Source: Setoptus koraiensis
Taxonomy: Eukaryota > Animalia > Arthropoda
Direction of reading: 5' to 3'
Assembly: GCA_048013815.1 (NCBI GenBank)
Contig: CM106586.1
Coordinates: forward strand, 21,514,001 to 21,578,000
DNA length: 64,000 nt
The translations under genes were made by a program, and so were the position numbers. The notes under the pieces were generated by a model. That model saw nothing but the letters and a program-made list of their open reading frames with translations. It did no database searches and had not been told where the DNA came from. Below are positions 13,882 through 27,440 of this stretch, piece after piece. Every line of letters begins with the position of its first letter. Position 1 is the stretch's first letter.

Positions 13882-16800
13882 ATGAACACGAATATGAATT
13901 TGATGTTACATGTAAATATCACATGTTTCATTATGAAATATGAACACACAGATCTGCTGCGCCAAGACAGCAACTACAACGCCAGGCAAAGCAACATCGT
14001 GCTGCCCATATATTCGCAAAGTGGGGCCCCCGCCAGCCACAAGCAGATGATGCCCCAATCGGCCTCGCTGCTGAGCGGCTCCCCTAGTCTGTCCACGGTC
14101 AGCTCAACCATGTCACCGACAACAACAACAATGTCACAGTCGGCCACAATTAGAACCGTTAATCCAGGTGATAGAATCAATATACCGTGTTCGTTAGCCA
14201 ACCCGGGCGGATCCATTCAGTTTGCCAAAGATGATCAGCCAATTATTTTGGTGAGTACATAGGTAGTGCGATGGTGCGCAGAGTTGCGCGTGCCGGAGGC
14301 ACGCGCAAGCTCGCATCCAATTAATTAACTCTAATTAATAACAAATTGCTCGCAGCAAACAACAGCAAACTCAACGCTGACTAACGCTAATAATCTGCAT
14401 AATCTGCACATCTGCTTCGCCCACATTCTTGCCCCACATGTATCGCGATCATCGATATATTCGATATATTGGTCGGTGTATATCGGTGTATACAATATCA
14501 CGGTATTATGTAATTAGGACTCCGGTTGTGCCCATTGTCAACTAGACATCTCAAACGATGGCCAAGCGTCGCTAACTATTAACCGTGTCAACAGCAAAGA
14601 CGAGGGCCACTGGCAGTGCTGGCGTCTAGACGAAAATGGCAACATCAAACAGAAGATATCAATCATACAACTAGTGGTTACAAGTGAGTACTACGCTACT
14701 ATGCTTGCTCATGCCTGCTCAGGCGGTTATATTATGCAAATTAGTGGCATCATATCGCCACTATTGTCGTCGCTAATTAAAGCTTTACGCCACGTACTTG
14801 CTGCAGCAAATGCTGCTCGTGCCAGAATGCGACATCCATGGCATGGTTGTCGGATTGTGCCCAATGATCAATTGATGATACAATTGATTCAATAATACCA
14901 TTGAACAGCGACAGCGGTTACCGGTGAAAGTGTCGTACACATTATTATGTTTATATGTTAGCGATGTGGTGCCACCTAGTGGTCGTTCAAGGCGACAGTT
15001 TCGTAGTGACAATCGGTATTGATTATGGGGATGATCCGCATATAACGCAGCGCAATATAACGCGCAATAAGTGATCCAGGGGGCACCAAGCTGCGCTCAA
15101 CATTCTATTCACGGGTGAATAGTGCGACTTTTGCACCATATTTTTGCAACAATATTTGCGCACAAACACTGCACGCGCCAACACTGCACGCGCAAATATG
15201 GTTGTGCAATTAGTCGTTGCAAGTAATCACAAAGCGACTTCCGGTTGCCAGACTGCACCCACTAGAGCGACTGGACAACAGCAGCAGCAGCAGCAGAGGC
15301 GGCAGCATTATGGCGACAACAATTGGGCTCGGCTGCAAAACGACACCCTGTGACGTAATGTGATAGCAGTGGGCGATATGCGAGACACGGCGCCCCAAAA
15401 GCAGCCAACATAAACGGCATTTGGGGCCAGAAAAAAGTTGTCGCATAATGTGCCGTTACTTGGGCCGCTTTTAGTTGGGCGCAACTAACATTAGACTGGC
15501 CCAGCTGGCCCGTCTAATGTTACACAGCTTATAAATTATATTAACATGACGGCAGTGTCAACTTACCGACCATTAGTTTGCAAACTAACAGTGCGACATG
15601 TTTCAAGAAACTGACCACTCTCGCTCTCTCTCTCTGTCCCTCTTTTTGTCTTGCCCCCCGTTTGCCTTTTGCTGTTGCGCAACAATCAATTACGCAACTT
15701 GTTTCTGGCGACGTTATTCTGGCAACGTTATTCTGGCAACGTTACAATGGCAACCGTACAATGGCAACGACATGGCAATCAACAACAACCAAACAACGAC
15801 CAAACAACGACCGAACAACAACCAACGACAACCAACGGCAACAACCAAACAATGACACTGATGCGCCGCTAATAACTCGCAACAACGACATGCTATTTAT
15901 GGCAAATGGCTGACACTGGCGACAAACAACGACTAACTAAACTAACGATGACAATGACATTTGAACAACAACAACAACAACAATCGTTTGTTGTCCATGT
16001 CAAATGTGTGTGTGTGTGTGTGTGTTCTCATGATCGGTCGTTGGCCGCTGACGTTCACCAACCAATCATTAACACACTGTCATTGCCATCCAATTTGCGC
16101 ACACAATGACACAACGACGATAATATAATGCAACCACTGAAATGCAATTCCACGATGCTGACGATGACGCAATCCGCTGACGATGATGCAATCCGCTGTT
16201 GATGACGATGATGCAATGATAATGATGATGTAACGGTCGTGTAATCACAACAACGACAACAACGACAACGACGACAACGACAACCATTGTCTAATTTCTC
16301 ATCGCATGTGTGTTCTAATCGATGCAGACTCACCTGAGCTGCCCATTTTGTTGGCCAACGGCAAAGAGTTGATTGGTGGCAGCAGCAGCGAGGCAACAAT
16401 GACTGTCAAAGAGAATGAGATTGTTGAATTTCGTTGTATTATTAAGGGCGCATCGCCGCCAATTAAGTATGTCCATTGGATGTTGGACAGTGCACAGAAT
16501 ATAACTCATTTAAGCCAATTGATGATGGAGTATTCGGGTAATAATAATAATTATCTCACAAAGAGCATATTGAAATTAAACGCCACCAAGGCAATGAACC
16601 TAAAATCAATCAGCTGCTTGTCGGACCATCAGCTGTGGACGGCCCCGATGACGGTGACGGCCTTCTTGAATGTCCTCTGTAAGTACTCGTATGACGTAAT
16701 CCACTCAGGCTGCCACCGACGCAAGTTCGCCCAGTGAGCATCCTCGGGTTGCCGCTCGCCCGGTCAGCGGGCCGCTCCGGCAACTTGTTGTGGCAGCCGC

Positions 16801-19079
16801 TCCGGCTCACCACTCATCAACCGCATCATAACACTCTTTTTGCCGCTCTTCGCCCCCTTGCCCGTCACTTATCCCGCCGTCTATCCCGCCGTCTATCCCG
16901 CCGCCTATCCCGTCGCCTATCCCGTCGCCCGTCCCGTCGTTCACTGCGCGGCCACTGTTTGCCTCGGCGCGCCACAGACGAGCCCTCGTTCACCATAAGC
17001 CGCGAGCCGGGCTTCGGAATACCCGTGTCAGAGGGCATGTCTGTGATGCTCAAGTGCGAGATTGACTCCAATCCGAGCAGCAGTCCCGTCTGGATCAAGG
17101 ACGCGGAAAAGGCGCAACCCAACGTCGGCCAGCAGCAGCCCCAGGCGGGCTCCGACAGCGCCAATCCCAACACTTCGGGCGCGGGCACCGCAGCCGACGC
17201 AAACACATCCCTGCAAAAGGAGGCGGAACCGACCGTGCTGGACACCCAGGAGGACGGGTCGGTGATATTTTGGCCCGTTCAGCGGTCGGACAGCGGATGG
17301 TACCGGTGCAAAACGGAAAACAAGTACGGCAATTTCTCATCGTTTGGCTACTATCTCAATGTGCGCGCCGCCGCAAATTCGCCCTCCGGCGCGCCAAATC
17401 CGGCCCAGCAACAAGCGTCGCCCAGCTACCAGACCAGTACCCAGGCAACGAACAACAACAACAACATTCAATACCCGCAAAACAGGAACGATCAGCCCAT
17501 AACGCGACATGTGTCCGGCGGTCCGCAGCAAGCGGCGGGCAGCCGGCCCGCCATTGAGCCAAATCAATTTGTCCAGGCCACCAATAACAACAACAGGCTG
17601 AGCAGTATGGCGCACCCGTCACAAGCCAATCAGGCGGACGCGCTGCGATCCCCAATGGGCGCACCCAGCGGCTACCCGCCGGCGGGACTTCCGGGTGGGC
17701 TCCAGCAGCAGCAATTGTCAAACAAATGGATGCAGCAACAGCAAGCCAACAACAACAACGGAAGGATGCAAGAGACAACCACCATGTCGTCGGACCAGTA
17801 TCAAATGAACGCGGCGCCCGGCGCATTCAACCAACAGAGGGCGCCAGCGTCGCTGCAATCGGTCAGCAGCGAGTGCAACAACATCGGGGCGCCCGTCATC
17901 GAGCAGCCCAACAGCACCGTCACCGGGGTGCTCAACAGGCCGCTGTCGTTGTCGGTGCGCTTCTGTTGCAACCCGAAACCCAAAAAAGTCTTCTGGATCC
18001 ACAGGGTGAGTTGCGTTGCAATTGATCACAAAATTGAATTAATTATTTGGATTAATTATCAATTAATAATTAATTAGACCGCTAATTAGCTTAGGTTAAT
18101 TGGCTGCATAATTGCATAATTGATCGGACAGCTGATCGGTTGTGTCGAGCCACAATTGATGGTCGGCGAGAGCGCGCCCTCGCGCCAGTGATGTCACTTG
18201 ATATCTCAACACATAGATCTAACCGCGTTTCTCTAAATCCAATTTCGCCCGTTCTTTCGCTCGCCCGGCCGCCCGCCTGCCCGGCCGCCCGCAACAGCAT
18301 CTGGCCATGATACCCGGGCGCATTTTCGGACCGTACGTGACGCGCGAACTCTGGACGGTAAGTGAGCCACCTACAACTGGTCGCGTCAACTGGTCGCCCC
18401 CGACAAGCTGCACGCCACATCCAATGCACCGACACGAATGAACCAATGAACTAATCCGACTACCTCTCTTTACCCGCCCGGTTTGTCCGCCCCGTTTGTC
18501 CGCCCGGTTTGTCCGCCCGGCTGATCCGCCGACCCGCGCACCGCTTTACCCGACCGCGCGCCGAACCAATGACGTGCGCGTGCAGACGTGGAACTCGCTG
18601 TTCTGCTACACGTCCACGTTCGAGATTGAGGCCGCCAAGACGGACGACATCGGCACCGTCTATTTTGTGGTCGGCAACGACCGCGGACTTGCCGACGCCC
18701 AAATCACCATCAATCTGACCAACAGGGGCAGCGACATGATACCCTCAGGTGAGTGCCGACGCTAAATATGCATAATTTGCATAATATTGCATAACACTAT
18801 TACATAACACTATTACATAACAATATTGCATAACAATATTACATGATAACATTGCGTAACTCGAATCACACCACTGACCGATGTTTTGTTTCTGTTTGTT
18901 ATTATCATTTTGTTTGCGCGCTTCCATCAGGCAAATACCTGTCGGGTTCGGGAGGTGCCATGGTATCGCCAAATGGCTGGGTTGCGTTGTTAAGTGCCAT
19001 AGTGTCGCTGGGATATTATTACTGTTTTGTTTGTTTCGACGCCGATAAAAGTGACCACCGCCACCTGTACAACAGATAA
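13882..19079 (+). CDS. multi-exon immunoglobulin-superfamily cell-surface/adhesion protein (4 Ig-like domains, C-terminal hydrophobic segment); 5' end uncertain
   Basis: Phase-consistent GT-AG exons: 13882(or acceptor 13952)-14250, 14518-14683, 16328-16678, 16978-18005, 18298-18357, 18586-18748, 18931-19079. Ig signatures: IPC...DEGHWQC; FRC...VHW...SISC; LKC...PVW...SDSGWYRC; FCCNPKP...VFW...CY...D...VYF...N-x-RG. The last resembles Fasciclin-3-type domains (from memory, not searched). No convincing signal-peptide exon was found. Confidence 0.85.
16870..16939. repeat. 12-nt tandem repeat TATCCCGCCGTC, ~6 copies (intronic)
   Basis: Directly visible in the intron before the exon at 16978. Confidence 0.85.
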
Positions 19080-19164
19080 CGACAACATTGCAATTGGCTA
19101 CCCACGAGCAAGTGATTGCGCCCGCCGCCCCCAAATCGTGCCCATTCGTGCCCATTCGTCCGCA

Positions 19165-19231
19165 TCGGTCGGTCGGTCGCCGGTCGGTCGCCGGTCGGTC
19201 GCCGGTCGGTCGCCGGTCGGTCGCCGGTCGG
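19165..19231. repeat. 11-nt tandem repeat CCGGTCGGTCG, ~5-6 copies
   Basis: Directly visible. Confidence 0.85.
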
Positions 19232-19784
19232 CCAATCGGCTGGCGCGCCCATTGAAGCTAGATCGCCCCCCAACAGAAAGAGACACTACAGTGAGATGCA
19301 TGCAACAGCAACAACAGCAACAACAACAACAGAATATTATAAACTGTCCAAACACTTTATAAAAAATAAGTTTTCTAAACACTGTACATAGTTATGTAAA
19401 TTAGATCCAACGGAGAGACCAAGCAGCAGCAACAACAGCAGCAGTCACAAGCAAAGCTGCAGCAATTGGAATGGGGAACCGGAAGCAGACGACCAGTTGT
19501 AACCAGTTGATTCCCTTGCCTGATTTGTGTTGCAAGCAAGTGTGTCGCTTGTGGCGCGTTTTATCCGGCACGCGCGCAAGCCCCGCACCAAACGATTCCC
19601 GCTCCCGCTCTCCCTCTCTCTATCTCTCTCTATATCTCTTTGATACGGATGTTGTTATTAATTAATTAATAAATATAACTGACCATAATGACTGTGTTTT
19701 GTTTGGTCCTTTGGCTTTGTTGCTCGCAAGTTACTTTGGTCACTCTGAATACATTGTCTGTGGCTCGCGTGGGGCCACACTACT

Positions 19785-19854
19785 GACTCATTACTAACGA
19801 CTCATTACTAACGACTCATTACTAACGACTCATTACTAATGACTCATTACTAAT
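19785..19854. repeat. 14-nt tandem repeat GACTCATTACTAAC/T, 5 copies
   Basis: Directly visible. Confidence 0.9.
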
Positions 19855-22800
19855 GAGTGATGTCGCCCGCCAATGCAGTCAACTAGTGTGATTTGCGTCT
19901 CACTTTGCTCGTGTCTTGTGAGCGCTTAGTTAACTTTTCACATCTCATATCGCTGGAGCGATACAATGCGATACAAAATTAAAATTACAACTTTTGAATT
20001 GAACGAAATTGAATTGGTGCTAGATTGAGGAGACAACTTTCCCCAGGAATGTCAAAAATCTAAAATCTAAAATCTGAAATGCGCTTTGAAATGAAACAAG
20101 CAGATAAAATAAATTCTCAGATTATAAATTCTCAAATAAATAACTCAAATTGCATCATCGCCAATTGGCATCATGATGCAATGGTGCTGATAGTGCCAAA
20201 CTGCCATGTGATATTGGCAACATCATTTTGGCGCTATCAGTAAGTGTGTCAATGGTTCGTGTTGCGATACGCGAATAATATAAAAGTATTCTCATCGTTG
20301 CATCGTTGCATCGTTGCATCGTTGCATCGTTGCATCGTTGCATTGGCGGATTGTTGCATTGGCGGATTGGGTTGCCTTGAAAAATGAGTCGCCCATTATG
20401 GGCAACAACCAAGACAACACTGGATGTTGGTGCATGCAAACCTTGAATGTTTCCAAGGATTGCGAGCAATTTCAGGCAGCGAGCCCTCGTGTCAAGGTGA
20501 CGATTGGTGGCTGTTTGTTGTCATCAGCGGAGCCTAAATTTGAGCTCTCTCTCTCTCAAGTGGCAAATTGAGAGTGAGTAAATTTCTCTAAATTCAAATT
20601 TCAATTAGCGGCGCTGGCAAGCCGCACACAAAGCAAGTGGCAGCCGTTTGCCAATGGCTGCCACTTGCTCAATCGAGAAACTGATACCAACAGATCGATT
20701 GCATCGTTTTCAGTTTCATCACGAAACTGAAAATCTCAGAACGAGCCCACTCCAGCGATACTAATAACGCCAACATTAGTAGTAATAATTAATAGTATTG
20801 ATAGTAATGATGCTACCAGCAATAATTACGACAACAATAACAAGGCGCCCGAAGAAGAAGAAGATTATGAGACTGTGAGTCAGAGGGCACGTGATAGCTT
20901 GTTGTTGTTGTTGTTGTTGTGTCGCGAATTTCGAGCTGCGTGCGCTCACATTGAAACCAACGTCAAATTCCGAGAATTTATCCCAATGCTCAAATAGAGA
21001 TTTGCACAGTCACCTTGCAACAGGTTGTTGTGTGTGCGTGTGTGTGTAGCCTTTTTGCCTATTCAACTGAGCCTGAGATACGCCGAGTGGCGCCGACGAG
21101 CTGCTTGTCGAGACGAGTTTGCTCACGTAGCCAGCGATCGCTAGCAGCGATTTGTCACACACGAGCCAATCGGCAGGCAAGTGAGTTTTGTCGGAGTTTT
21201 GTTGCCAATATTGCGACGAGTCACCTTCGCGAAACAGAGTCGGCACTGACAATCACAGTTGAGATGGCGCGTTGTTGTTGGCGCGTTGTTGTTGTAGCCC
21301 TTGTCCCATGACAAGTTTCGGTTGTCACAAATTCAGTGTTGCTGACGCAATGCAAAGCTCGCGCTTACAATTTGTTTATTTATTTGTTTGTACAATTAAT
21401 TAACTGAGGCCGGTCACTGACTCACTTAATTAATTGTGAGTGGCGCGGGGGGCGCCCTTGACTCGCGTTGGACGCCGTTGTCAGTTTCGTTGGGCGTTCG
21501 CCGGCTCACAATTACTCTGTCTGTATTAGTCTGCATATTAGCCTGTATATCAGTCTGTATGTTGGCTGCTGGCGAGGTTGCTGCTGGCGGCGAGCCTGCC
21601 ACCAACTGACAGCAGCCACCAAACAACAAACAACCGTCGACAGCATTCAACAGGTTGCCATGTTGTAACTCGGCGACAGCTTGCGCGATCTATTGCGCGA
21701 TAAGATGGATAAGATGCAATTACGCAATGCGCCAAATTCTATCGCGATTCGCGATTTTATCCGCGACTCCTTCTTGCTATCGCACACACACTTATTGATA
21801 ATATTTGATTCAGCGCACAAAGTAACAACAAAGTAACACTCGACAGTAGTAGCGATACGCGACAGTGGCTGCAATAGCGCACACGTGAGTCGATCGAGCC
21901 AAACGAAGCCAGCCAATTCGAGTGAATTCTCGCAAATTCTCGCAAATCCTTGGAAATTCTCGGAAATTCTCGCAAATCCTTGGAAATTCTCGGATATTCT
22001 CTGGCGGCCACACCGACAGCAACCGAGCAGTGACTGAGTGAAGCCGAAGAGATGCACCGGCTGATACAACTGGCACGCGGCCTCATGGGCGTGCTGGCAC
22101 GATGCAAAAATGGAAAATATAAATACAAATATTATCGCTCATTACTAATTGAGTGACAGCGGCTGCTAAAGTGGTTGGTCGGTGTAAACAACACACTGAC
22201 TTGTGAGAAGTTTGTTTATTTGTTTGTTTGTTTGTTTGTCTGTTTATTTGTTTGTCTGCTTGTTTGTTTGTCTGCTTGTCTGTTTGCTCGCTTGCTTGTT
22301 TGTGTCTTGTCGTGACACGATAATTAATTATCATGCAATTTTGCTTGTCTATTGCATAAGCCGAGCGATGATGATCGATTCGATTGGATTCGGCTCGATT
22401 CGGCTCGGCTCGGCTCGATTGGATTCGATTCAATTCGAAGGGAGAAGGTAGAAGGCAGAAGGTGAGCAGTGCAAGAAGGCGAAAGTTGCCCCTGGCTGCC
22501 ACTGCCAGTTGATGCGTCAACAATCTGGCGTGCATTTTGTCAGTCAATTATTATTGTCAGACTAGCCGATTGAAGCGCTTATTTAACTTTTCGCTTGCCA
22601 TCTAATTACGTTACTGATAGCTCATTATAGCTGCCACCAGTGTGTTGCCACCATCACAACAGTATCACAACAATATCGCAACAATATCATCATATATATA
22701 CTATATCATATATATTGTATATCATATATATTGTATATATTTGTGGGCCGCAACATTGTGTGCGCTCGTGGATCTTGCGCAATCGGTCATCTCATGATTG

Positions 22801-23021
22801 TTGTTGTGTGATTGTTTTGACAATCGACGAATCACTAGTGACTGCTGACAACATTAGTATTAGCCAATTAGTAATTGATGACTAATAATTAATAATTGTG
22901 CGAGCAAAACAAATATTATCTTGCACTCGCCGGCACAACAAGTGTCAGTACATCATTATATCACACACATTGTGGTCTAGTCACTGGGCCGGGCCAATCG
23001 CTCATTGGATACTGACACTCG

Positions 23022-23086
23022 CATTATATCAAAATATCATTATATCAAAATATCATTATATCAAAATATCATTATATCAAAATATC
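23022..23086. repeat. 16-nt tandem repeat CATTATATCAAAATAT, 4 copies
   Basis: Directly visible. Confidence 0.9.
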
Positions 23087-25253
23087 AAGCTAGCAGCTCA
23101 TTGGTTAGTGGTTGGCGTTGCCGGCGTGGACGAGCCAACAGCAAACAAACAAACAAAAGCGACACGACAATAATATCATCGACAACTACAAGACAACGGG
23201 CGCAACTTGGCGCGCGCCAATCCACCACACAAAGACAGCGGACAACAGCAGACAACAACGCACAACAACAACAGCAGCCTCAAGTCAACCGAGAGCATTG
23301 GTACGATTCCTACATCATCCAGATAACAGTGGCCAGATACCAGCAGCCAGATAATTGACAGCCTGATATTAACAGCCAGATATTAACAGCCAGATCATCG
23401 ACAGCAACCACGGTGAGTAGCAGTCGCCTTATCAGTGTGCGCCGTCGCTGGCGAGCTCATTAGTGAGTCATTAGTGAGCTATTGGCGAGCTATTGGCGAG
23501 CTATTGGCGAGCTGTTGGTGAGCCATCAGCAGGCTATCAGCAAGCTATCGGCAAGCTATCGGCAAGCTACCAGCGAGCTATCAGCGAGCCGCGGCCGGCG
23601 CCTAATGACAGGCGCTTCACTAACTGTATCTCTGTGTATCCGTTAGGCAATCCGTCAGCCCAGACGGATATAGACAGTTAGACAGTTTTGGAGAGACACA
23701 TTTACACATTTACAGTTACAGTCGCAGCTACGTAACTGTGTGAGCGTATCAAGTGTGTGTATTCACATGATGTCGACGCCACAAACAAGCATCATGTTTG
23801 CTTTTGTGCTAATTAGCGGCTTCAATTAGTGGCTTCGTTTGGTTGCGTTAGTGAGCGACTGTCTTGCAAAAGTGTGACAAATCTATAATGAGATAGATAA
23901 GACGCGCCAGTCGTCAACAATACAGTGTGACTCGTCGTCTCAATAGTGACTGAATAGTAGATTTACGAGCGCACAAACGCTGCCTTCGTTAGCGAGAGAG
24001 AGACAGAGGCTCTTGAGAGGCGTTTGATGAGCCAGAATGAGCTGAGAGGAGCTCACGCAATTGAGTGAATCGCGTTGAGTTTTGGCGACTGTTTGTCACC
24101 AAAACTCGCAACGAGTGAATGAATTGTCAGCTGAAATTTAGCTGACAATTATTTCGACTTATTGAGCCACTGGCAACAATTATTATCATTATTATTATTA
24201 TTATTTTTATTGTGCAAACGATGGCAAGATGACTTTCGATTAGCCGAGCAGCGCCATTTGTCGAGCTGATGCTCCCAGTCGCTTTGTGATGTTCGCGTTG
24301 ATCATTCGCTCGTTGGTGTATTAGTGTGTTGGTGTATTAGTGTGTTGGTTGCATTAGTTTGTTGGTTGCATTAGTCGTGAGTTGAGGTTGTGGTTGTGGT
24401 TGAGATTGCGCTCGAGGTTGCTAGTGAGGCTGACGTCATCGCCATTCAAATCGTCAAGTCGTCGTCGTCGCGATGGTTAGAATGCAACAGCCAGCGCAAC
24501 TCGTCAATTATTCTCAACTATTCTCGTCGGATAGATCGCGACTCGCGAGTGGCGACACAGCACCGCTAACTAACTTTTACCACGGCGCCCTCTGTATCTA
24601 TCATGTGCCCGATTGGTAGTTATTTAGACGGGCTCGGCGCTCGAGCGTCTAGTGTCTAGGGTCACAAGCAAACACGACGCCAGCGACACACAGTCGTAAC
24701 ATTACGATAACTTGCATTGCAAGTATAAGTATAATAAGTTGTATAAAACTTGTTATATAGTTATATAGTTAACTGCCGATGATAGAAGAAAAAGAAGCGT
24801 CTCGCTGTCTAGTGCGATATGATTGTTGGTGCGATAATATAACCTAGTTTTTCGTTTGTTTGTTTGCGCATTCTCTCGCTCGCTCTCGACCTAGCTCCAC
24901 CGCCAACAACAACAACAACACCAACAACAACAACAACACCAACAAACTATAGCGGCCAACAGCACACAGTGATAATTAACGACAATTGATTGTGAGCGAC
25001 ACCAACAAACCGACAGAGCGACTTTTGGCCGACAGCTAGACAAAACAAGTGCTCGATTTCAATTATAAACTCACTACTCATTGAGAGACTAATCGCTTAG
25101 TTTGTTTATTTGCCGCTCATTTTGCACGCATACTTGACCACAAAATCACGCCATCAAACACCCGAACACCAACACTTCACAGCACCCGTCTACAGCCGTT
25201 CAGTCTAAAGTGTCACTAGCAACATTTAAGTTAAGTAAATTAAGTCTACAACC

Positions 25254-27050
25254 ATGATCCAGTCCACGACAACCAACAAATGGGGCGCACTCATTGTGGC
25301 CGCCCTCTGCTTGGCCAGTTTGGCCTCGGCCGAAGAAGGTAAGCTATCGAATCGTCGGCACTGTGCGCTGTACAAAAAAAAATAAATAATTAATTAACCG
25401 CGTTATTTGCATATATCGACAAACCAACGAAAAGCAGCCAGCGGCTCGTGCTCGAAACCAGAGCAAGGCTCGCAAGAGCAACAGTTGACAGTATTGAGCA
25501 AATTGATTGACCCCAGCGGCGAACTGACCAAAATTATCAATGACTATGTGGCCTCACACAAAGCGTCCGTGCCAGCAAGTGCTAGCAGCCCCAATGCCAC
25601 CGCAATTGTGCCCGATCAATCGTCGGCAGCGGCGCCAACATCCACGCCCGAACAGGTGAAATCATCGGCAGCGGACAGTGCGCCCGTTGCGCCACCACCG
25701 AGCCCCATAAGCCAAGCCGGCCCGTCGGATCTGCAATCCGTCTCGACAACAAGCTCGCCGGCTCAAGCGACCATCGTGGCAGCTCAGCCAGCGGCCAGCG
25801 GCGCGGACAGCGTTAAGTCGGCGCCTCCTGCCGCCCCCCAGCAAAGCAATGTCACTGTCAACGTGTTTCTTGAGCTGGCCCCGGATGCGGCCACCGATCA
25901 AATGGTAAGTAGTAGTATTATGCAATAGTTGAATAGTGATAATTACAACACAATATAGGTAACTGCGCTCATAACTAAAACTGTACACTGTTTGTTTGCT
26001 TGTGTTTGACACAACAATCGCAACAACAATTGCAACAACAATCGCAGATCGCAAACCCGAACGGAAACGACACCGTCGTCGGCAGCTCTACGACGGTTGC
26101 CTCGGTCACACCAACTGTGACCGTGTCAAGCAATGGCACCGCTACAGATGCTTCGGCCAGCAAACAACCCGAGATTTCGGCAGCCGCGCCGGCCTCACCA
26201 CTTGCTGCGCCCACAACAACAACATCGACCTCGGCACCAATACAAACGCCAGAGAGCAAGCTAAACGAGACAACCGCTGCACCCGAGCAAACTGACAAGA
26301 AAGCAACTGTTTCCAGAAGAAGTGTGCCCTCGTCTACGACTCCCTCCACGCCAGCGGCCGATGCAGCAACCAATCAGACTGCATCACCTGCATCTTCAAG
26401 CACCACCGAGGCGCCCTCATCCACAACCACCACACCAATGCCAACAACAAGCACCACCACAACAACGGCACCTACCAGCACCGCAGCCGTCGTAAGTGAG
26501 GCCCCGAAAAGCAGTGATAAAGCAGCAAGCGAGCCAATTGCCTCTTCAACCACAGCAGCAGCAACAACAACAACAACTACAACAACAGCGCCACCGAAGA
26601 AAACAACCACAACTCAGGCCCCAGTTGAGATATCGTCGTCAGAATTGGCCTCACTGGCCAACAAAGGCAGCGATCCCATTGAGATTATTGTTAGTGCTTC
26701 ATCGGCAATTACGGAGCAACTTAATGGCACCACTAGCACAACCACCGTGGCCCCACCCGTAGAATCCGCCTCCACCACTACTACCACTGCTCAAACACCC
26801 GTTTCTACTAATGCAACCACAACAACAACAACAACAACAACAACGGCAGCACCGTCTTCATCAACAACGACAACAACAACACCAGCCTCGCCATCATCAT
26901 CAACAACAACTGTGGCATCCACCACCAGTACTAGCACAAAAGCACCAGAAGTAACATCAACATCAACAACGGAGACACCCGTGGCAAAACAGGAGACGGC
27001 GGCAGCACCAGTGCCATCCACTAGTGCCGGCGGACCAGCTATTGAACCAG
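25254..27050 (+). CDS. secreted mucin-like Ser/Thr/Ala/Pro-rich protein, exons 1-3
   Basis: Exon 1 25254-25338 encodes a signal peptide (MIQSTTTNKWGALIVAALCLASLASA-EE) and ends in G|GTAAGC. Exon 2 is ~25435-25904 (|GTAAGT). Exon 3 is 26048-27050 (|GTATGG). Phases are compatible; long T/S runs. Confidence 0.85.
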
Positions 27051-27440
27051 GTATGGTGTCTGAGGATATGAGAGAAATAGTGAGTATTAGTGATTAAGAT
27101 ATGTCATATTTAGTAAAATATTACTAGTAGTGTCTACTACTGCTACTAATATTTTTGTCCAATCTAATAATGAATATGTCACTATTAATCGCTAGCTCAT
27201 GATATTCAAAAAAATTTAAATGTAAATAAGTGTGCGTGTGTGTATGTGTGCAAATTATATATAGCAATTGAACGCGATTCCCTGACTCTTCCTTTAAAAT
27301 GTTATTATTATTTTTTTCTATTTGCAACGTGTTTTACAACAACAAACTATTATGCAACATTGTGATTTACCTGTCAATGGCACATTTAATTGAATTGGAT
27401 CAGGTAAGAGCAAGCAATGATTTGTCTTCACTTCCGGTAG

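Noticed and set aside
1189-23086. Tandem arrays considered as CRISPR-like
   Set aside because: Units are directly adjacent with no unique spacers, there are no cas genes, and the context is eukaryotic.
27403-27408. CAG|GTAAGA donor-like site near the start of the 27299 ORF
   Set aside because: It would fall inside the predicted intron 27051-27440. It cannot be excluded as a mini-exon or alternative start, but no partner acceptor or function is evident.
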